A DNA stretch of 64,000 nucleotides from the human T2T-CHM13v2.0 reference genome, Homo sapiens. The notes beneath the pieces are model-generated. The model ran no database searches and was not told where the DNA came from. It was given only the letters and a program-made list of their open reading frames with translations. The stretch lies in assembly GCF_009914755.1 (NCBI RefSeq), contig NC_060937.1; one strand, given 5' to 3'. Below are positions 1 through 14,035 of this stretch, one piece after another. The position numbers and the translations under genes are program-made. Position 1 is the stretch's first letter, and every line of letters begins with the position of its first letter.

Positions 1-1184
1 CAAAATTATGCATATCTAAGTACTATATGTGAGCTGTTGCTCTACTGCTGACGGCTTATCTCATATGCACAGTGGTGGAGAGCTGCACCACACAGTCTTC
101 CATTAAACAGATCTGAATGCATTCTGGCTTATTTGTTGTTCAAGATTTTACCCAGATATATCCACAACAGACAAACACAGTACATCTTATCTTCCCTAAT
201 TTAAATGACAAATCTTTGATTTCTCTATGCCTATGACCCTTGACAAAGAAGGCAGTTTGGTCAACTATCATGTAACAACCACTCATGTAAAGGTGTCCCA
301 TTAGCTTGGGAGTCCCTCTTTCTCTTGAGTTATTTTCATTCAAATATCTTAACTTTGATGAACATAAACACATTATGTTTGATGAGAGAGAAAAAGGATG
401 GCAATTATTTCTTTGAAAATGTTAAAAGTATATTGGACAATATAGGTCTCTTTTTACGTGATGTTTCTGATTAGATTTAGCTGAGCTTTTACAGAAGAGC
501 GAGTTGGAGGTGGGAAATTGGGCCAGCAAGTTACCATCTGTGGCACAATGTTGAAATCCTCACCGGTAAATGCCTTAATATTGATCTTTTATATGGGTTT
601 GAAGAACTGTCATGAAGATCTATTGACTTATATGGCTACAGATGAAGCTTGCAGATACTGTTTTCCAGATTGTATTTTTCCACACTAGGTTTTTACAAAA
701 ATATAGTTGGGCTTGTTTTGAAAGATACATTAGGAGAGAGAAAATGGATTTCCAAGATTGGATAGACAGAAACACCAGGTTCAATTTATGACTTCATTCT
801 GAATTGTATATAGGTTTATTTAGACCGGATAAGACAAGCAAATATAAGTGGAAGCTAGAAAGATAAACCTTAGGGTGTAAAATAGCAATGGCTCAAAGAT
901 CTAAGACATTTTATTATCTAGAGAGGCGCAGAAGTCTAAGCACCCTTCATTTTCCTGTATGAGAAGTGAGAAAATACCTGTATGAACCCAAAACCTGACC
1001 CCCTTATACTGGTAACACATCTGATATGTAAGTATGTTGATATTCCCCTATATGTATTTGAATAATATTTTATGAACTGAGAATTCATGAGACCATTTTC
1101 AAGTACAATGGGAAACTTTGGAGATTTCCGGAGCAAGTTCAGCTGAGATTTGTGGCAGCCTAGAGCTCAGAGATCTATACTAAG

Positions 1185-1605
1185 TGTGTTAGTCTGTTTT
1201 CATTGCTAAAAAGGAATATCTGAGATGGGGTAATTTATAAAGAAAAGAGGTTTATGGTCTCATGGTTCTGCAAGCTCTACAGGAAGCATATTGCCATCAT
1301 CTCCTCCACTGCCGGTAAAGCCTTAGGGAGATTTTACTCATGGTGGAAGGTGAAGAAGGAGCAGGCATGTCACATGGCAAGAGACAGAGCAAGAGAGAAA
1401 GAGGGGAAGTGCAACACTCTTTTAAACAATCAGAACTTGTGTGAACACAGAGTGAGAACTCACTCATTACCACAAGGCAGGCACCATGCTATTCATGAAG
1501 CATCCACCCTCATGACCCAAACACTTCCGACCCGGCCCCAACTCCAGCATTGGGGATTACATTTCAACATGAGATTTGGAGGGGAAAGACATCCAAACCA
1601 TATCA
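1185..1605 (-). mobile_element. MaLR solo LTR, MST family (MSTA/MSTB-like)
   Basis: Begins TGTGTTAGTC and ends ACCATATCA (reverse of MST termini); 5-bp TSD CTAAG at 1180-1184 and 1606-1610. Confidence 0.85.
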
Positions 1606-3249
1606 CTAAGATTGATTCCTTTGAACTAAGAGCTCTAGTGATGCTCTACCAGTTTACAGAATAGATGTCAAGGCCACTGCCTACTGGCCAATGTTTAAAG
1701 AGCATCCTGTACCCAGAAGATTCAGGGATGGAAAGTAAAAATGTAAGCATTTGATTTCTTCCTATAAGAAAGGTACTTAATTCTTCCATGGTATATTTTA
1801 TCTGTCCTTATGAAACTTGCCTCCTACTTACATCACTGTTTGCTATTAAAAAATTGACAAATGTAGGTATGTTAAAGTGTCTATATAAATATTAAATACA
1901 TATTGGTATACATTGGGCAAAAGACAGATGCTTTAAAATTATGTGAAATATCCTTGAATGATAGTTTTAGTTTTCTGTTTTCTTAGTGATAATGAAAAAG
2001 AATATCTTTATACTGAGTTTTCAATTTTTATAAATATGCAAAAATGTAGTGCCTGTGGCAATTGAACCCTTTGTGATTTTTAAATGACTACTGTCATTAC
2101 TTAGATACTGTAACATTTTAGGAGTTAAGTAAAAATATTACTACTAGAAAAATCCCTGTTTTTTGTTTTTGCCTTTCTCGTAGTGCTGATCAATATATAT
2201 TTATATAATTCTTAAGTGAATGATAGAAAAAAATTACAAATAGAAGTTTTAGTAATGCTATCATGTAAAAAAATTATCCATCTTCCTCTTTTATACAGGC
2301 TAACTTGATATGGGATTTTATCTACATATGATTGGCTACTAATCTGATAGCAAATTAAGAAATCATAGAATTTATGAACTAAAGGCTGCTTAAAACAAAT
2401 TAATTTTAATTCTTTACATATGAACAAGCAAGATTCAGAGTAGTTTTACTTACTCTGAGAGTATTAGTTAATATATGACGTAGCCAAGGGAGGCTAGAAC
2501 TCTAATCTCTAGGTTGAATTCTCTTTCTACCATACATAACATCAGCAAGGCTGAATCTTGTTGGGTGTGACAGAGACCACTGTAAGCATCTCACAAATAT
2601 TAACACTTGGAATTCTCTAAGTAGCTCTTGACTTACATGTGTATAGTTTTCCCAAGCATAGAGTTCATGTAAATTATTTTAACATGGATTTAAGTAGTTA
2701 AGTGATCTCATCAGATTTACACCTTAGGAAACTTGTTCCAAGATGTTAAAGGATTTATTGGTTTGACAGTAAGTGAAGTTGGAGAAGAAAGCCTCTTTAG
2801 ATGACTTCAGAAGATTAGACCACATATGAGAGGATGAAGTCATCAAGCAAGACTACCACGAGGGCTGAAGAAGGGGTTAATGGAGATGGAACTGACATAC
2901 TGAATTAATGATTTATGGGACACATGAGACAAGGAAGCCAGCAATGCTCTACCCCTGTAATCATATAGTCCAAACTTTTCTATCCTCCTTACAACTCTTT
3001 TACCCCATTGGTTCCACCACATCTCTTTTGGGCCCTGTTTAGACCTCCCATCTTTTAATGCTTACATGGCCTCACACATCGGGTCTATCCAACCTAGATT
3101 CCACTCTCCATCACTTAACAGTTCTTGATAATATTCTCAACTCCCCTATTCTATTTTGTTTTAACTGGAAAAACCTTCATGGATCAACCCAGTTGTCTTC
3201 CTTCTTTCTTAACCCTGTGCTGCTGGAAAATCCTAAGGAAAATCTCTAG

Positions 3250-4430
3250 TAGTCCATAGTGTCTATTGTTTCCATCTTTATGTCTGTGAGTACCAATGTT
3301 TAGCTCCCACTTACAAGTGAGAACATGTGGTATTTGGTTTTCTATTCCTGCATTAATTTGCTTAGGATCATAGCCTCAAGCTACACCTATTTTGCTGCAA
3401 AGGACATGATTTCATCCTTTTTTATGGCTGCATAGTATTCTACGTTATATACATACTACATTTTCTTTATACAATCCATTGTTGATGGGCATCTAGGTTG
3501 ATTTAATGTCTTTGCTATTGTGAATAGTGCTGCAATGAATGTATAAGTGCATGTGTCCTTTTAGTAGAATAATTAATTTTCTTTTGGTTGTATACCTAGT
3601 AATGGGATTGCTGAGTTGAATGATAGCTCCATTTTTAGTTCTTTGAGAAAACTCCAAACTGCTTTCTACAGTGACTGAACTAATTTAGATTCCCACTAGC
3701 AGTGTATAAGCATTCCCTTTTCTCCACAACTTTGCCAGAATCTGTTGTTATTTGACTTTTTGATAATAGCCACTCTGACTGGAATGAAATGGTATCTCGC
3801 TGTGGTTTTGATTTGCATTTCTCTGATAATTAGTGATAATGAGCATTTTTTCATGTGTTTATTGGCCTTTTGTATGTTTTCATTTGAGAAGCGTCTGTTC
3901 GTGTCCTTAGCCCATTTTTTAATGGGGTTATTTGTTTTTTGCTTGTTTATTTAAGTTCTTTATAGATTCTGGATATTATACTTTTGTTGGATGCATAGTA
4001 TGTGAATATTTCTCCCATTCTGTAGGTTGTCTGTTTACTCTGTTGATAGTTTCTTTTGCTGTACAAAAGCTCTTTTGTTTAATTAGGTCCCACTTATTCA
4101 TTTTTGTTTTTGTTGCAATTGCTTTTGGCAACTTAGCCAAAAGCAGTTCTTTGCCAAGGCCAATGTTAAGAAGGGTATCACGTACATTTTCTTTTATGAT
4201 TTTTATGGCTTGTTTTTGTCAGTGTTATCAAAGATCAGATGGTTATAGGCATGTGACTTTATTTCACTGCTCTCTATTTTATTCTATTGGTCTATGTGTC
4301 TGCTTTTGTACTACTACCATGCTGTTTTGGTTACCGTAGCCTTATAGCATAGTTTGAAGTCAGGCAGTGTGGTGCATCCGGCTTTGTTCTTTTTGCTTAG
4401 GATTGCTTTGGCTATGTAGGCTCTGGGCTT
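3250..4430 (-). mobile_element. Older primate LINE-1 3' fragment (L1PA-old/L1PB-like): ORF2 end and 3'UTR, with an internal deletion near 4207
   Basis: Antisense L1 motifs CTCCCACTTACAAGTGAGAACATG, GTGGTTTTGATTTGCATTTCTCTGAT, GTACTACTACCATGCTGTTTTGGTTAC. Confidence 0.85.
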
Positions 4431-4999
4431 TTTTATTTTTATTTTTTGACATGATTAAGTATTCAATCCAGTCCTTCAATTATTTATTTCCCTTCAGGTA
4501 TTACCCTGTCTCTATCTCCCCCTTCCTAGCCAAGCTGTTGAATCATCATGCTTATTAAATGTTCCTGGGGATTAGTTCCTAGGAACTCTCTCTTCAAAGT
4601 CTGTTTCACTTTTCTGGGCAACATTCTCCTCCATGTGGCCTCTTAGGTGGACTGAGAATCTTACATGTCTAGATCCCTCAAAATCATGGGTATAACCACA
4701 GCTGAATGATCACATTGGTTCAGATATCAATTTGTGCAGAGGGATCATGTTTTAGCCAGGTTTATCTCTACTGTCTACTACCTAGCTCAAAGTGGGCACT
4801 TCATGTATGTTTCCTCAATCACTTCTGCAAAGTAAATAAATAAATTTCAGTGGTAAAGTGAAATAGTAGTATTTATTTGTAATTTGATTGGTAATAAATG
4901 TGATTTGCATACATGTTTCCAAGAACATCTCTTTGGTAAAGCAAGATAAAGTTATATTTCCTTCCCTCATGCTTTCTTTTGCAACATACTCAACAATAG

Positions 5000-5240
5000 A
5001 AATTGTGCATATTCAAGTTGTACTTCTTGATGGTGTGATATATGTGTATATTGTGAAATGATCACCACACTCAAGTGAATTAATGTATCCATCACCTCAA
5101 GTGAATTAACATATCCATCAACTCTATAATTAATTTTTTTGGTGATAAGAACATTTAAGATCTAACTTCCTAGCAAATTTCAAGTATACAATACCATACT
5201 GTTAACTATAGCCACTGTGCTGTCCAATAGATCTCTACAA
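5000..5240 (-). mobile_element. L1MA/L1MB-type 3'UTR end with a 26-bp tandem duplication (5070-5120)
   Basis: CAAATTTCAAGTATACAATAC...TTAACTATAG motif typical of L1M 3' ends; CTCAAGTGAATTAA..TATCCATCA occurs twice in tandem. Confidence 0.7.
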
Positions 5241-6481
5241 AGTTATATTGTTGGTCTTATTTATGTAAGCTTCAATTTACCCTTTTCTTTAAGGATCCCA
5301 TATTTACCTGACTAAAAAAGGTACCATTTTTACTCAGAATTATATGAGTAAAAATCTGCCCTCTACCTTTAATTCCATAATAGACTTAATTCATATATAG
5401 CTTTACTTACTACATTTCTTGTTACAGTCATTTTATCATTCAAGCTGGTGCATACAGTCCATCAAGTCTCTAACAATAGAACAATGACACAAAAAATGGA
5501 AATCTATACTATGAACAGGTCTTATATCAAACCTTTCTGATTAATTCTCCCTTTAGTCTCAACTTCTAACTCATCCTGACTGAATCAATCAAAAAGCTAT
5601 TACTTTCATACTTGGAAGTGTTGCTTTCAAAATCAATAAAAACTCAGCTCATTTTTAATATGCAATATATTACAAAAATGAAAATTTCCATTTACTTCAG
5701 GTGGAAATTTATGAAAAAAGTAGAGTAGTTGAAAACTCTTGTGAAAAAAATATAGATATACTACTTTTATGACACTGAAAACTTTCATCATTATTAATGT
5801 TTTGTATGTGTGTGTGTGTTAGATATATAATTTAAAAGAAGACAATAAGTTGGTGCCTTTTGTCAAATTGTTGCTCAAGTCATGCATCTGAAACATAGGC
5901 ACTGAGGGAATCAGCATATTTGATAATCTTTTAACTACAATAATTATACATGAAAAATACATTAACCATCCATATACATATTTAAGAAAATTATATTTAA
6001 GCTCTTCATGGAGACATTAAAAACACCATGCTGCATAAATGATAAATAATTATATCATTCATTAATAAGGAATAAATAGCTCTGTTTTTTATTTGAGAAT
6101 TATTAATTGGATTGTCCATCTGTATGCAGGAACATCTGTTTTCTGACATGCTTTAATCACCATTTGTTTTGTACTTGTACCATAATTACACATGTTGTAA
6201 TATTGAACTCAAGACAATGATGAAAATCAACTTATGCATAAGATTCTGCTATGCTTTTTCATTTCATTAGAAAATGTGTAATTCTGGTATGACATTTATA
6301 AGTATATATAAAACAAAGTATTTGATTAACAAAATGCCTCAACAGATTATGTCAGTTAAATGAGTGTTATATCATGTAGTGTATGTTATTATTTTGGCAG
6401 TTTTAAGAAAAGTTTATTGCTTCACTGAAGCTTTTTTTTTTTAACTGACCATCTATGAATTTTCTGTATTCTTTATTTCAG

Positions 6482-6546
6482 TGTGATCACATGGTTATGG
6501 AAGAGACGTTTTTAGATCATCAGAAGTTGACAGTTTTCAGTGTACT
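6482..6546 (+). other. Candidate internal exon (65 nt) of an unidentified transcript
   Basis: Branch-like ACTGAC ~35 nt upstream, pyrimidine tract TTCTTTATTTCAG acceptor, ACT|GTATGT donor; one frame open (CDHMVMEETFLDHQKLTVFSV). Confidence 0.3.
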
Positions 6547-6765
6547 GTATGTGCTTTGTATAAGATGGAATTGAGTTTGGTGTATGAGTGATTGATGAAT
6601 TTTTACTGAATGATGGATAACTGCTGTTCTTTTAATGACATTTCATCAATCAACTATTTTTGATAAGGTTGATCACAAAATGTTGCTGACTCAATTTTTG
6701 TGGATTAACTGAGGTGAAAGTGATACCTGGTAGAAGTTTCACTAATACAAGTTTTCCTCTCTTAG

Positions 6766-6806
6766 GAGTAGGACGGATTATATTATTTGTCGAAATACCT
6801 TTCCAT
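6766..6806 (+). other. Candidate micro-exon (41 nt)
   Basis: Branch CACTAAT at 6740-6746, acceptor GTTTTCCTCTCTTAG, donor CAT|GTAAGT; two CpGs in a CpG-poor region. Confidence 0.4.
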
Positions 6807-7141
6807 GTAAGTTCTTAATGTTAGCTTTCTTGTCCTGTGAACCATATCTTTTCTGTATTTGCTGAAATAGAGATGTAACATTGTTAAATCATGGAAAATG
6901 AATGCCTCTAAATCTGCATTCCTTCTTACAAATTACAAGTTTGAAATGACTTTTTTTTTTAAGAAAAAAAAGATGGATTTCTGGTATTCTATGGCAGAAT
7001 AATCTCCTGCAGCCTGTCTTTCATGTTGATTACAACTCAAAATATGAAAACTACCTAATGGTTCCCCACAATGAGTGGCAATTAAATTAGACTCTATGCT
7101 ATTTTTACTTTCTCAACTTCTCCTGAACTATTTGATTTTGA

Positions 7142-7516
<375 letters not shown>

Positions 7517-7699
7517 TAATGTGTTCATATTATTATGGGCAAATTTTGAGATTTAAAATTAACCCATTACTCTCAGCTATTCTAGATGAGGCAATCAGGG
7601 AGCTAATTCCTATTTCCCCTTTCTTTTACTCTCTCCTCCTAGTTGTTATAGTTGAATTACTTGTACATTATCAGAATCATCAGTAAAATGTCTATTTAC

Positions 7700-9400
7700 A
7701 TTTTCTATACCATATATTCCTTAAATCTATATAAATCTATATATGATGCATTTAATGCTTACCTCTTGCCTTACTGGTAGTATTTCACCTACTCCAAACT
7801 AGGTTGACTGAACTTTCTCCTGTGGTAAATCTCTTAATAAGAACTTTCTGTAAACAGCGTTCCCTGCAATTATGGGCGCTTATAACTGTACACTTTATAG
7901 CTGATAGATATGTTGCAAAGATAAGGATAACCACTGGCTTCTCCTTTCTCTTCTTTCTCAATATTTCCCCCCATTTTCTGGTGTTAACTTTTGCTATGGA
8001 AAACTCTGAGGCCAAAATGATTTTCTTTTTCTGTAAGTTAGTTGACTGTTTTTGATTAAACCCCAAACAATAATTTCTTAATCTTTAAAGTCTTAGTCCC
8101 ACACAGAGATATATCTTGGAGTTGAACATTCTAAAAACATATATAAGCATATAATACACCGTAATATAAATATATGTGCTTATGATGATCTATCTTGGCT
8201 TAATATAGGCAATAACTTTTTCCTAATTCTATCCTATGTTTTACAGTTTTTGGATTTTAGGACAGGGGAAGGGATTCATTGCATATTCTTTTCTCACTTA
8301 CACCCTTTACAACCCTTACATTATTTGGGGTTCAGTCCCCCTTGTTCTCTTTACAATTTAGTTTTTTTGTTCTACAATGATTTTGTTTTTAAATCCCATT
8401 TCTTTCATGGATTCTGCCAGTTTCTATTGCACTTTCTGGCTATCTCTTCCCCATGCTCTTGTATTTCACTTCATGGTCTCTTTATCTTTTATTACGCTCT
8501 TAAAATTTATGTTGGAATGTATAAGTGTTCATTCCTATTTTCATCTGTTTTGTAGCAACAGGTTTCTGGTGATTAAGAGAGTTGATATATTCCTTTTTAT
8601 CTTTATTCTTATAGTATTTTTACATGAATGCTGAGAAAATTCCTTTAGTGTTTCTCATATGTGAAAGTTGAATTTCCTTGACTGGTTAATAGCAGGACTT
8701 TCCTCTAGGACGAAGGAAAGGGGTTGTAGAATGTGCCCTAGCCTGGTAGCTCAAGGGCCCACTCATCATTTGCTACTGTGACAGACTGTTGCCTCATTTG
8801 GGGGACATTATGGAGCCACTGCTGTTCTGCTTGGTAGTGCCCAAAATGGTTTGGGACAATTTCCATCTCAAGCCTTACGCTTTCCCTGTTTGCCACCAAC
8901 CTCCCTTCAAGTGATACAACCTGATACAACCCTTGCGTTGCAAAGTGATTCATACACTTTTAGAAGTTATTATTTTGTAGTTATTTTTCGGGGAATTCGC
9001 CTCTGAGCCCCAGTGAGCATTTTTTAGAGTATTCTTTCTCCATCTCCCTGAAGACTCCTATCTTGTTGGCACTTAACTCTGGTCCAGCATTTCTGACTGT
9101 GGTCGGGGGCGGGGGCTTCTACTTCTGGGTTCATGTATTTGCTTGTGAGTCTCTAATGATCTAACCCCACTAGGACTCCTACCTTCTGTTTTTTATGCTA
9201 TTTATGTCTGATTTCCCAAAATGTACTCCTTGCTCAGCTTAGTACTGTTCGTGACAGTCTGTTATATAATTTGAAATTTGGGGTCTTTCTTTGTCTCATG
9301 GTTTCTCTGAAAATAAAGCTTACTGTTTTGTGGGGATTTTTTTTCCTTCTGTTTTCTGGGAGAAGTAAGATGATTCAGAACTAAGCGCTGCCATGGAAAT
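7700..9400 (-). mobile_element. Highly degraded ancient L1 (L1M-type ORF1/5' region), boundaries uncertain
   Basis: T-rich strand bias and residual motifs such as TTGCTATGGAAAACTCTGAGGCCA. Confidence 0.4.
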
Positions 9401-10730
9401 GTATGAATCTTTGCATGTGTTTAAAATATAAAAAGGCAATATTTAAATTTACCATTACTCCATATGCTTCTCCATCTACCTCTTTTCAGAAAATTTAGTT
9501 TGCTATCTGTTTTAGGTTTTACTCTCTAACATAATTATATATAAAACGCAATTTCAAAAAAAACGATAAGAATAATCTAGGCTCTTTTTGAAGGGAAGTA
9601 GTGAGGCCCAACATCTACAGAAGCTTTCTTTTTTGGTAATCAATTCTGTATTTTCTGTAATATAAATTTACCTACGTAGGTGCAAATTATCCCTAACACC
9701 TCAGATTGCATGTTACGTGACAGCCCCGGTAAGTCTAGTGAATGAACAGCAGATGTCACTGTTGGATGAAATGAGCTAGTCTGCTCATCCCACCTTCTCT
9801 CATCTGAAAGTGCCTTTCGGGGTCCAAATCCTGGGGTTTATAGATAACGAGAAAAAAAAATTAAAATTAAACTCAATACCTTGAGTCTGTTTCATAGCTT
9901 GGCCTGGTACCTTAGGCCATAGGATATAAGCCAGCTTTGCAATTAACTCGACTTGTTCATTTGAAATTAAAGCACATTTTTTTTTTCAGAGTGTATTCTG
10001 CATAGTGGAAAATGACCTGAGATGTTTGAATTCTGAATTCTTGTGTCTTACTTTGTGCTATTGTTTCCAGTTTTTCAACACATACCTGGAGGTTTAACTC
10101 CAGCAGCATTCCATCTGTTCACGCAGGGCTTTTAAGGCACAAGTGACATTGTTAACCATTGCACACAGAAGAACCCTTTAGTATTAAAATGTAGATTTGA
10201 GCAAGGTCAGATTACTTTTAGTGTATTCATCTCCAAAAATTCACCTTCTAATATATTTTACTATACAATGTTACGTTTTCAGGTACCCATTTTCAATCCT
10301 TATTCATACTGAGGATTCAAATTTGGATACTTGTAATTTTCAGATAGCATTCATTTTATGTAAAAAAAAATATAAAGAAAATGACAGCATTTCCTAGGTT
10401 TAGAATCTCACTACCTCTATTCTCCTGCTGGCTCCTCCTGCTAACTTTTGAGTAATTTCTCCCTTTCTGGGTCAGGAATTCTTCTGGGTTACAACTTATG
10501 TACAACCAGTATATTGTTATTAATTAATTAAGTTTAATTTTGGTCTCCAGTTTTCGACTTCATAATTTATTCCTACTCAAGTATTCTTAATTTTGTTTCA
10601 CCACCCCATTGTAGAAGAAACACCAATCAAAGAAGCATGACATTTTAATCTTAATTTCATCAGCCTTTGATTGACAAGCTCATATAATTCTTGCTGCCTA
10701 ATGTGCTAGTAGAGCAGTTGAGAGCACGAC

Positions 10731-10768
10731 TGAGGAAACAGTGGCATAGTGAGGAAACAGTGGCATAG
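10731..10768. repeat. Perfect 19-bp tandem duplication
   Basis: TGAGGAAACAGTGGCATAG x2. Confidence 0.95.
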
Positions 10769-11002
10769 AAGACACATTCAGTCTTTTGAAGAATTAAAGT
10801 TAAAATTATTTAGTAGATTTCTGTCACTATTTATTTTGCTTCCAATTCTGCAATTACATTTTGCTAGTTGGAAGTTGGGACGGGAAGGAGCAGAGTTTCT
10901 CGTCCCCCCAACCCCTGCAACAACAGCAACCCAGAGCACAGTACTTGGACCATAATAGGCATGTAGTAGTTGTTGAGTTAATGAAAGAATGATTGAGTTG
11001 AT

Positions 11003-11411
<409 letters not shown>

Positions 11412-11477
11412 CTAATAATGTACAACAAGCAAAAGTGAAATTTGAAAAAGAAATTGATATTGAGGACGAGCATAGAT

Positions 11478-11600
11478 ATTCATTCATTCATTCATTCATT
11501 CAATTAATATTCATTGAATGTGTACTACTTTCTAGGCACTGTTTTGGGCTGGGGATACATCAATGAATTCTCTCTTATGGAACCTACGGTCTAATCTGGG
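11478..11600 (-). mobile_element. L2 3' end
   Basis: (ATTC)n tail followed by TATTCATTGAATG...CTAGGCACTGTTTTGGGCTGGGGATACA. Confidence 0.7.
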
Positions 11601-13599
11601 AAAGAATTTGAGGTGAATGTTTTAGTCATGTTGAGCTTTTTTTTAAACAGAAAAATCAATCAACTAAGTTATTTGTTAAACATAGGTCACTTTTTAAATG
11701 ATGTTTAAAAATACCCCATGAGTTCATAAAATATGTGTTGAGGACAAAACAAATGCAATTTTAATAATACAACCATTTATTCAACTTTATAATTTCTCTC
11801 TGATGGCTAGATTTTGGCACATGTGATAAGTACTTCAATCCATTTTGTAACAAACTGGGTTATATTGGATTTCTAGCATATGTTAAATACAAGGCAAACT
11901 GTAATGCTGCAGAGTCAAAGTAAATTAGCCATGCAATGGCACAAATGCAATTTTAGTATGCTTTGTTAGTGTACATGTCAGTCATGTTTTTGTTTTTTCT
12001 TTTGTGCATTTATTACCATCAAGAGAGACATATGGTATGTCGGTGGTACAGCTTACTAAGGTGTCTGAGAGGGAGATATTAAGAAAGTGCACCAGATGGT
12101 ACTTAGCTCCATAAGAGCACAGATGATTACCAGGTAGTCGTTACTATCTTCTCTCCTTGATACTCATACATAACTCATGGCACATATGGAAGCAACCTTC
12201 TAAATACTGATGTTTTATCTTTGAAATGTTCTTTGTGTGTTGCTGCCCATTTGTTTTGTGCTAACTCACTGCCCTATTGCCTTCAGTTGTAACCACCTAT
12301 TTAAGGTAAAAACGAAGGACAGTCATCTCCATGTGTTTTCAGAATTCAAATGAAAAAATAAAAAGAGGCTGATGTCACTTCCCAGTTTAACCTAGGGGTT
12401 TTGCTTATGTATGTACACTCAATCAAACTATGAATATTACAAATGGTTTTACCACTACAGTAAAGATAGTTAATTCATAACTCTATAGAAATGAACAGTG
12501 AAAGATTAAAAAAGGAAAGCAACAATTCTAAACTATAAAATCTACTTCAAAAACCTACATACAGCAAAAAGAAAATAATGAGATAAGTTTTATGGTTCAG
12601 GAGATACCTTTCTATAGCATCCTTAAAGGATGCTAAAGGTATAGCTTGCTAGAGTATGTGGTAGGAGAAGTTAACATGGATAAAATTAATAACACTCCCA
12701 TTATTTGATGGTCTATAGCCAAAGAATAATAGAAAGCAAGTGAAATGCTTAGCATAGCCATTTAATCTACTAAATTAGGTTTGTGAAAATGGGAATGCCA
12801 AATGCCTTAAGGCTTACTGCAGGTACAAAAGCAAAAAATCAGAGGTCAACCTAAGGATATTTTTAATATAAAATTAATGTACCTGCATTGTAAGCATTAT
12901 ATTATTTTGCATGGTAGAAAGGAAAAAAAATTCTTGTATTATTCTACTATAAATGTGTATTTGCTCTACTACATTTGCATGTCATTGTCAGCCTTTCACT
13001 TTGTCTTTAGCTAACAGGAACCTCTTGGCTTCACCCTTTGGAGAATTTGATATCATGGAAAATGGACTGAACTAGGAGAAGAGCCTTTGTTTAGACCGCA
13101 TGCTGAGGTCTAGTGGCATCAATTAAAAATATATAAATGCTTAATTAAGCTTTGGAGGGAACAGCCTATCTACAGAAAAATTTAAAACTTGATCATGGCA
13201 GGTACAGAGTTGGGCCCCATTAATTTTGTTGACAGCAGGGTCAGCAGATTCTGTAAATTTTCACTATACCTCTTTTATGATTTGCCACCACACCATTCAT
13301 GCTCTAACCTTATTTCTCCTCACACCAATAGCAGAATTTTTCCCTGAATTTTACTAAAACTGCCAAGTTTTTTTTTTTTTTTTTTTTCATGAATTAGCAT
13401 CTTTAGCATTCTCTTCCTTCAGCCTGGGATGAAATTCTCTGCTCCCCTCCCTCCTCCTCCCTCCCAGCCCCACCCTCCACTAATGCACATTTGTGTTTTG
13501 GTTTCTACACCAAATGAGCTACCTTCAATAAGCATCCCACAAATCCACAGGGAACTTTTATTACTCTACCTTCTGTGCTGTCTAAGCACTTGGCTCAGA

Positions 13600-13790
13600 A
13601 TGAGAGATCTGTCTGAATTTCAGATCTACAAATTACTCATTGTGTGACCTTGGACATATCCCTAATATTTTTGAGGTTCAGTTTTCTCTTCCTTAAAGTT
13701 AGAATAAAAATACCAAATTCCTGTGTTTCATGAGAGTAAAATGAGATGATGTTTGTAAGAGACTCAGCGCAGTGTCAGTATCTACCATGT
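13600..13790 (+). mobile_element. MIR
   Basis: TGTGTGACCTTGGACA...TCAGTTTTCTC...AAATGAGATGATGTTTGTAA core. Confidence 0.7.
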
Positions 13791-13834
13791 GCTGTATACT
13801 CTGCGCTTTCTACTGTTGATGCTAGTGAATGTTT

Positions 13835-14035
13835 TTAGTATTTGCTATATGCCAATAGCTCTTCTAAGTAAACTCTATGTGTAATAACTCATTTAATGGT
13901 AGCTATTATCATCCCTATTGTAAGAAATTGACATTGGGGCACAAAGAGGTTTAGAAACTAGCTCAAGATCGCATACCAGTAAATAGCAGAGAGAGAATTT
14001 GAACCCAGGGACTATGGCTACAGAGTCCTCATTCC
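13835..14035 (-). mobile_element. MIR
   Basis: CTATTATCATCCCTATT...GAAATTGA...AGAGGTT...GAATTTGAACCCAGG. Confidence 0.7.

Noticed and set aside
40-80. 11-bp stem CTCTACTGCTG/CAGTGGTGGAG near the window start
   Set aside because: Relies on several G-U pairs; expected by chance
1254-1664. 136-aa ORF, and likewise the 151-aa ORF at 27101-27556
   Set aside because: Contained in MST and LTR12 LTRs; no domain recognisable
6590-6712. C/D-box snoRNA (TGATGA...CTGA)
   Set aside because: The C-like box is buried in a stem, there is no terminal stem joining C and D, and no recognisable guide; kept only as a hairpin observation
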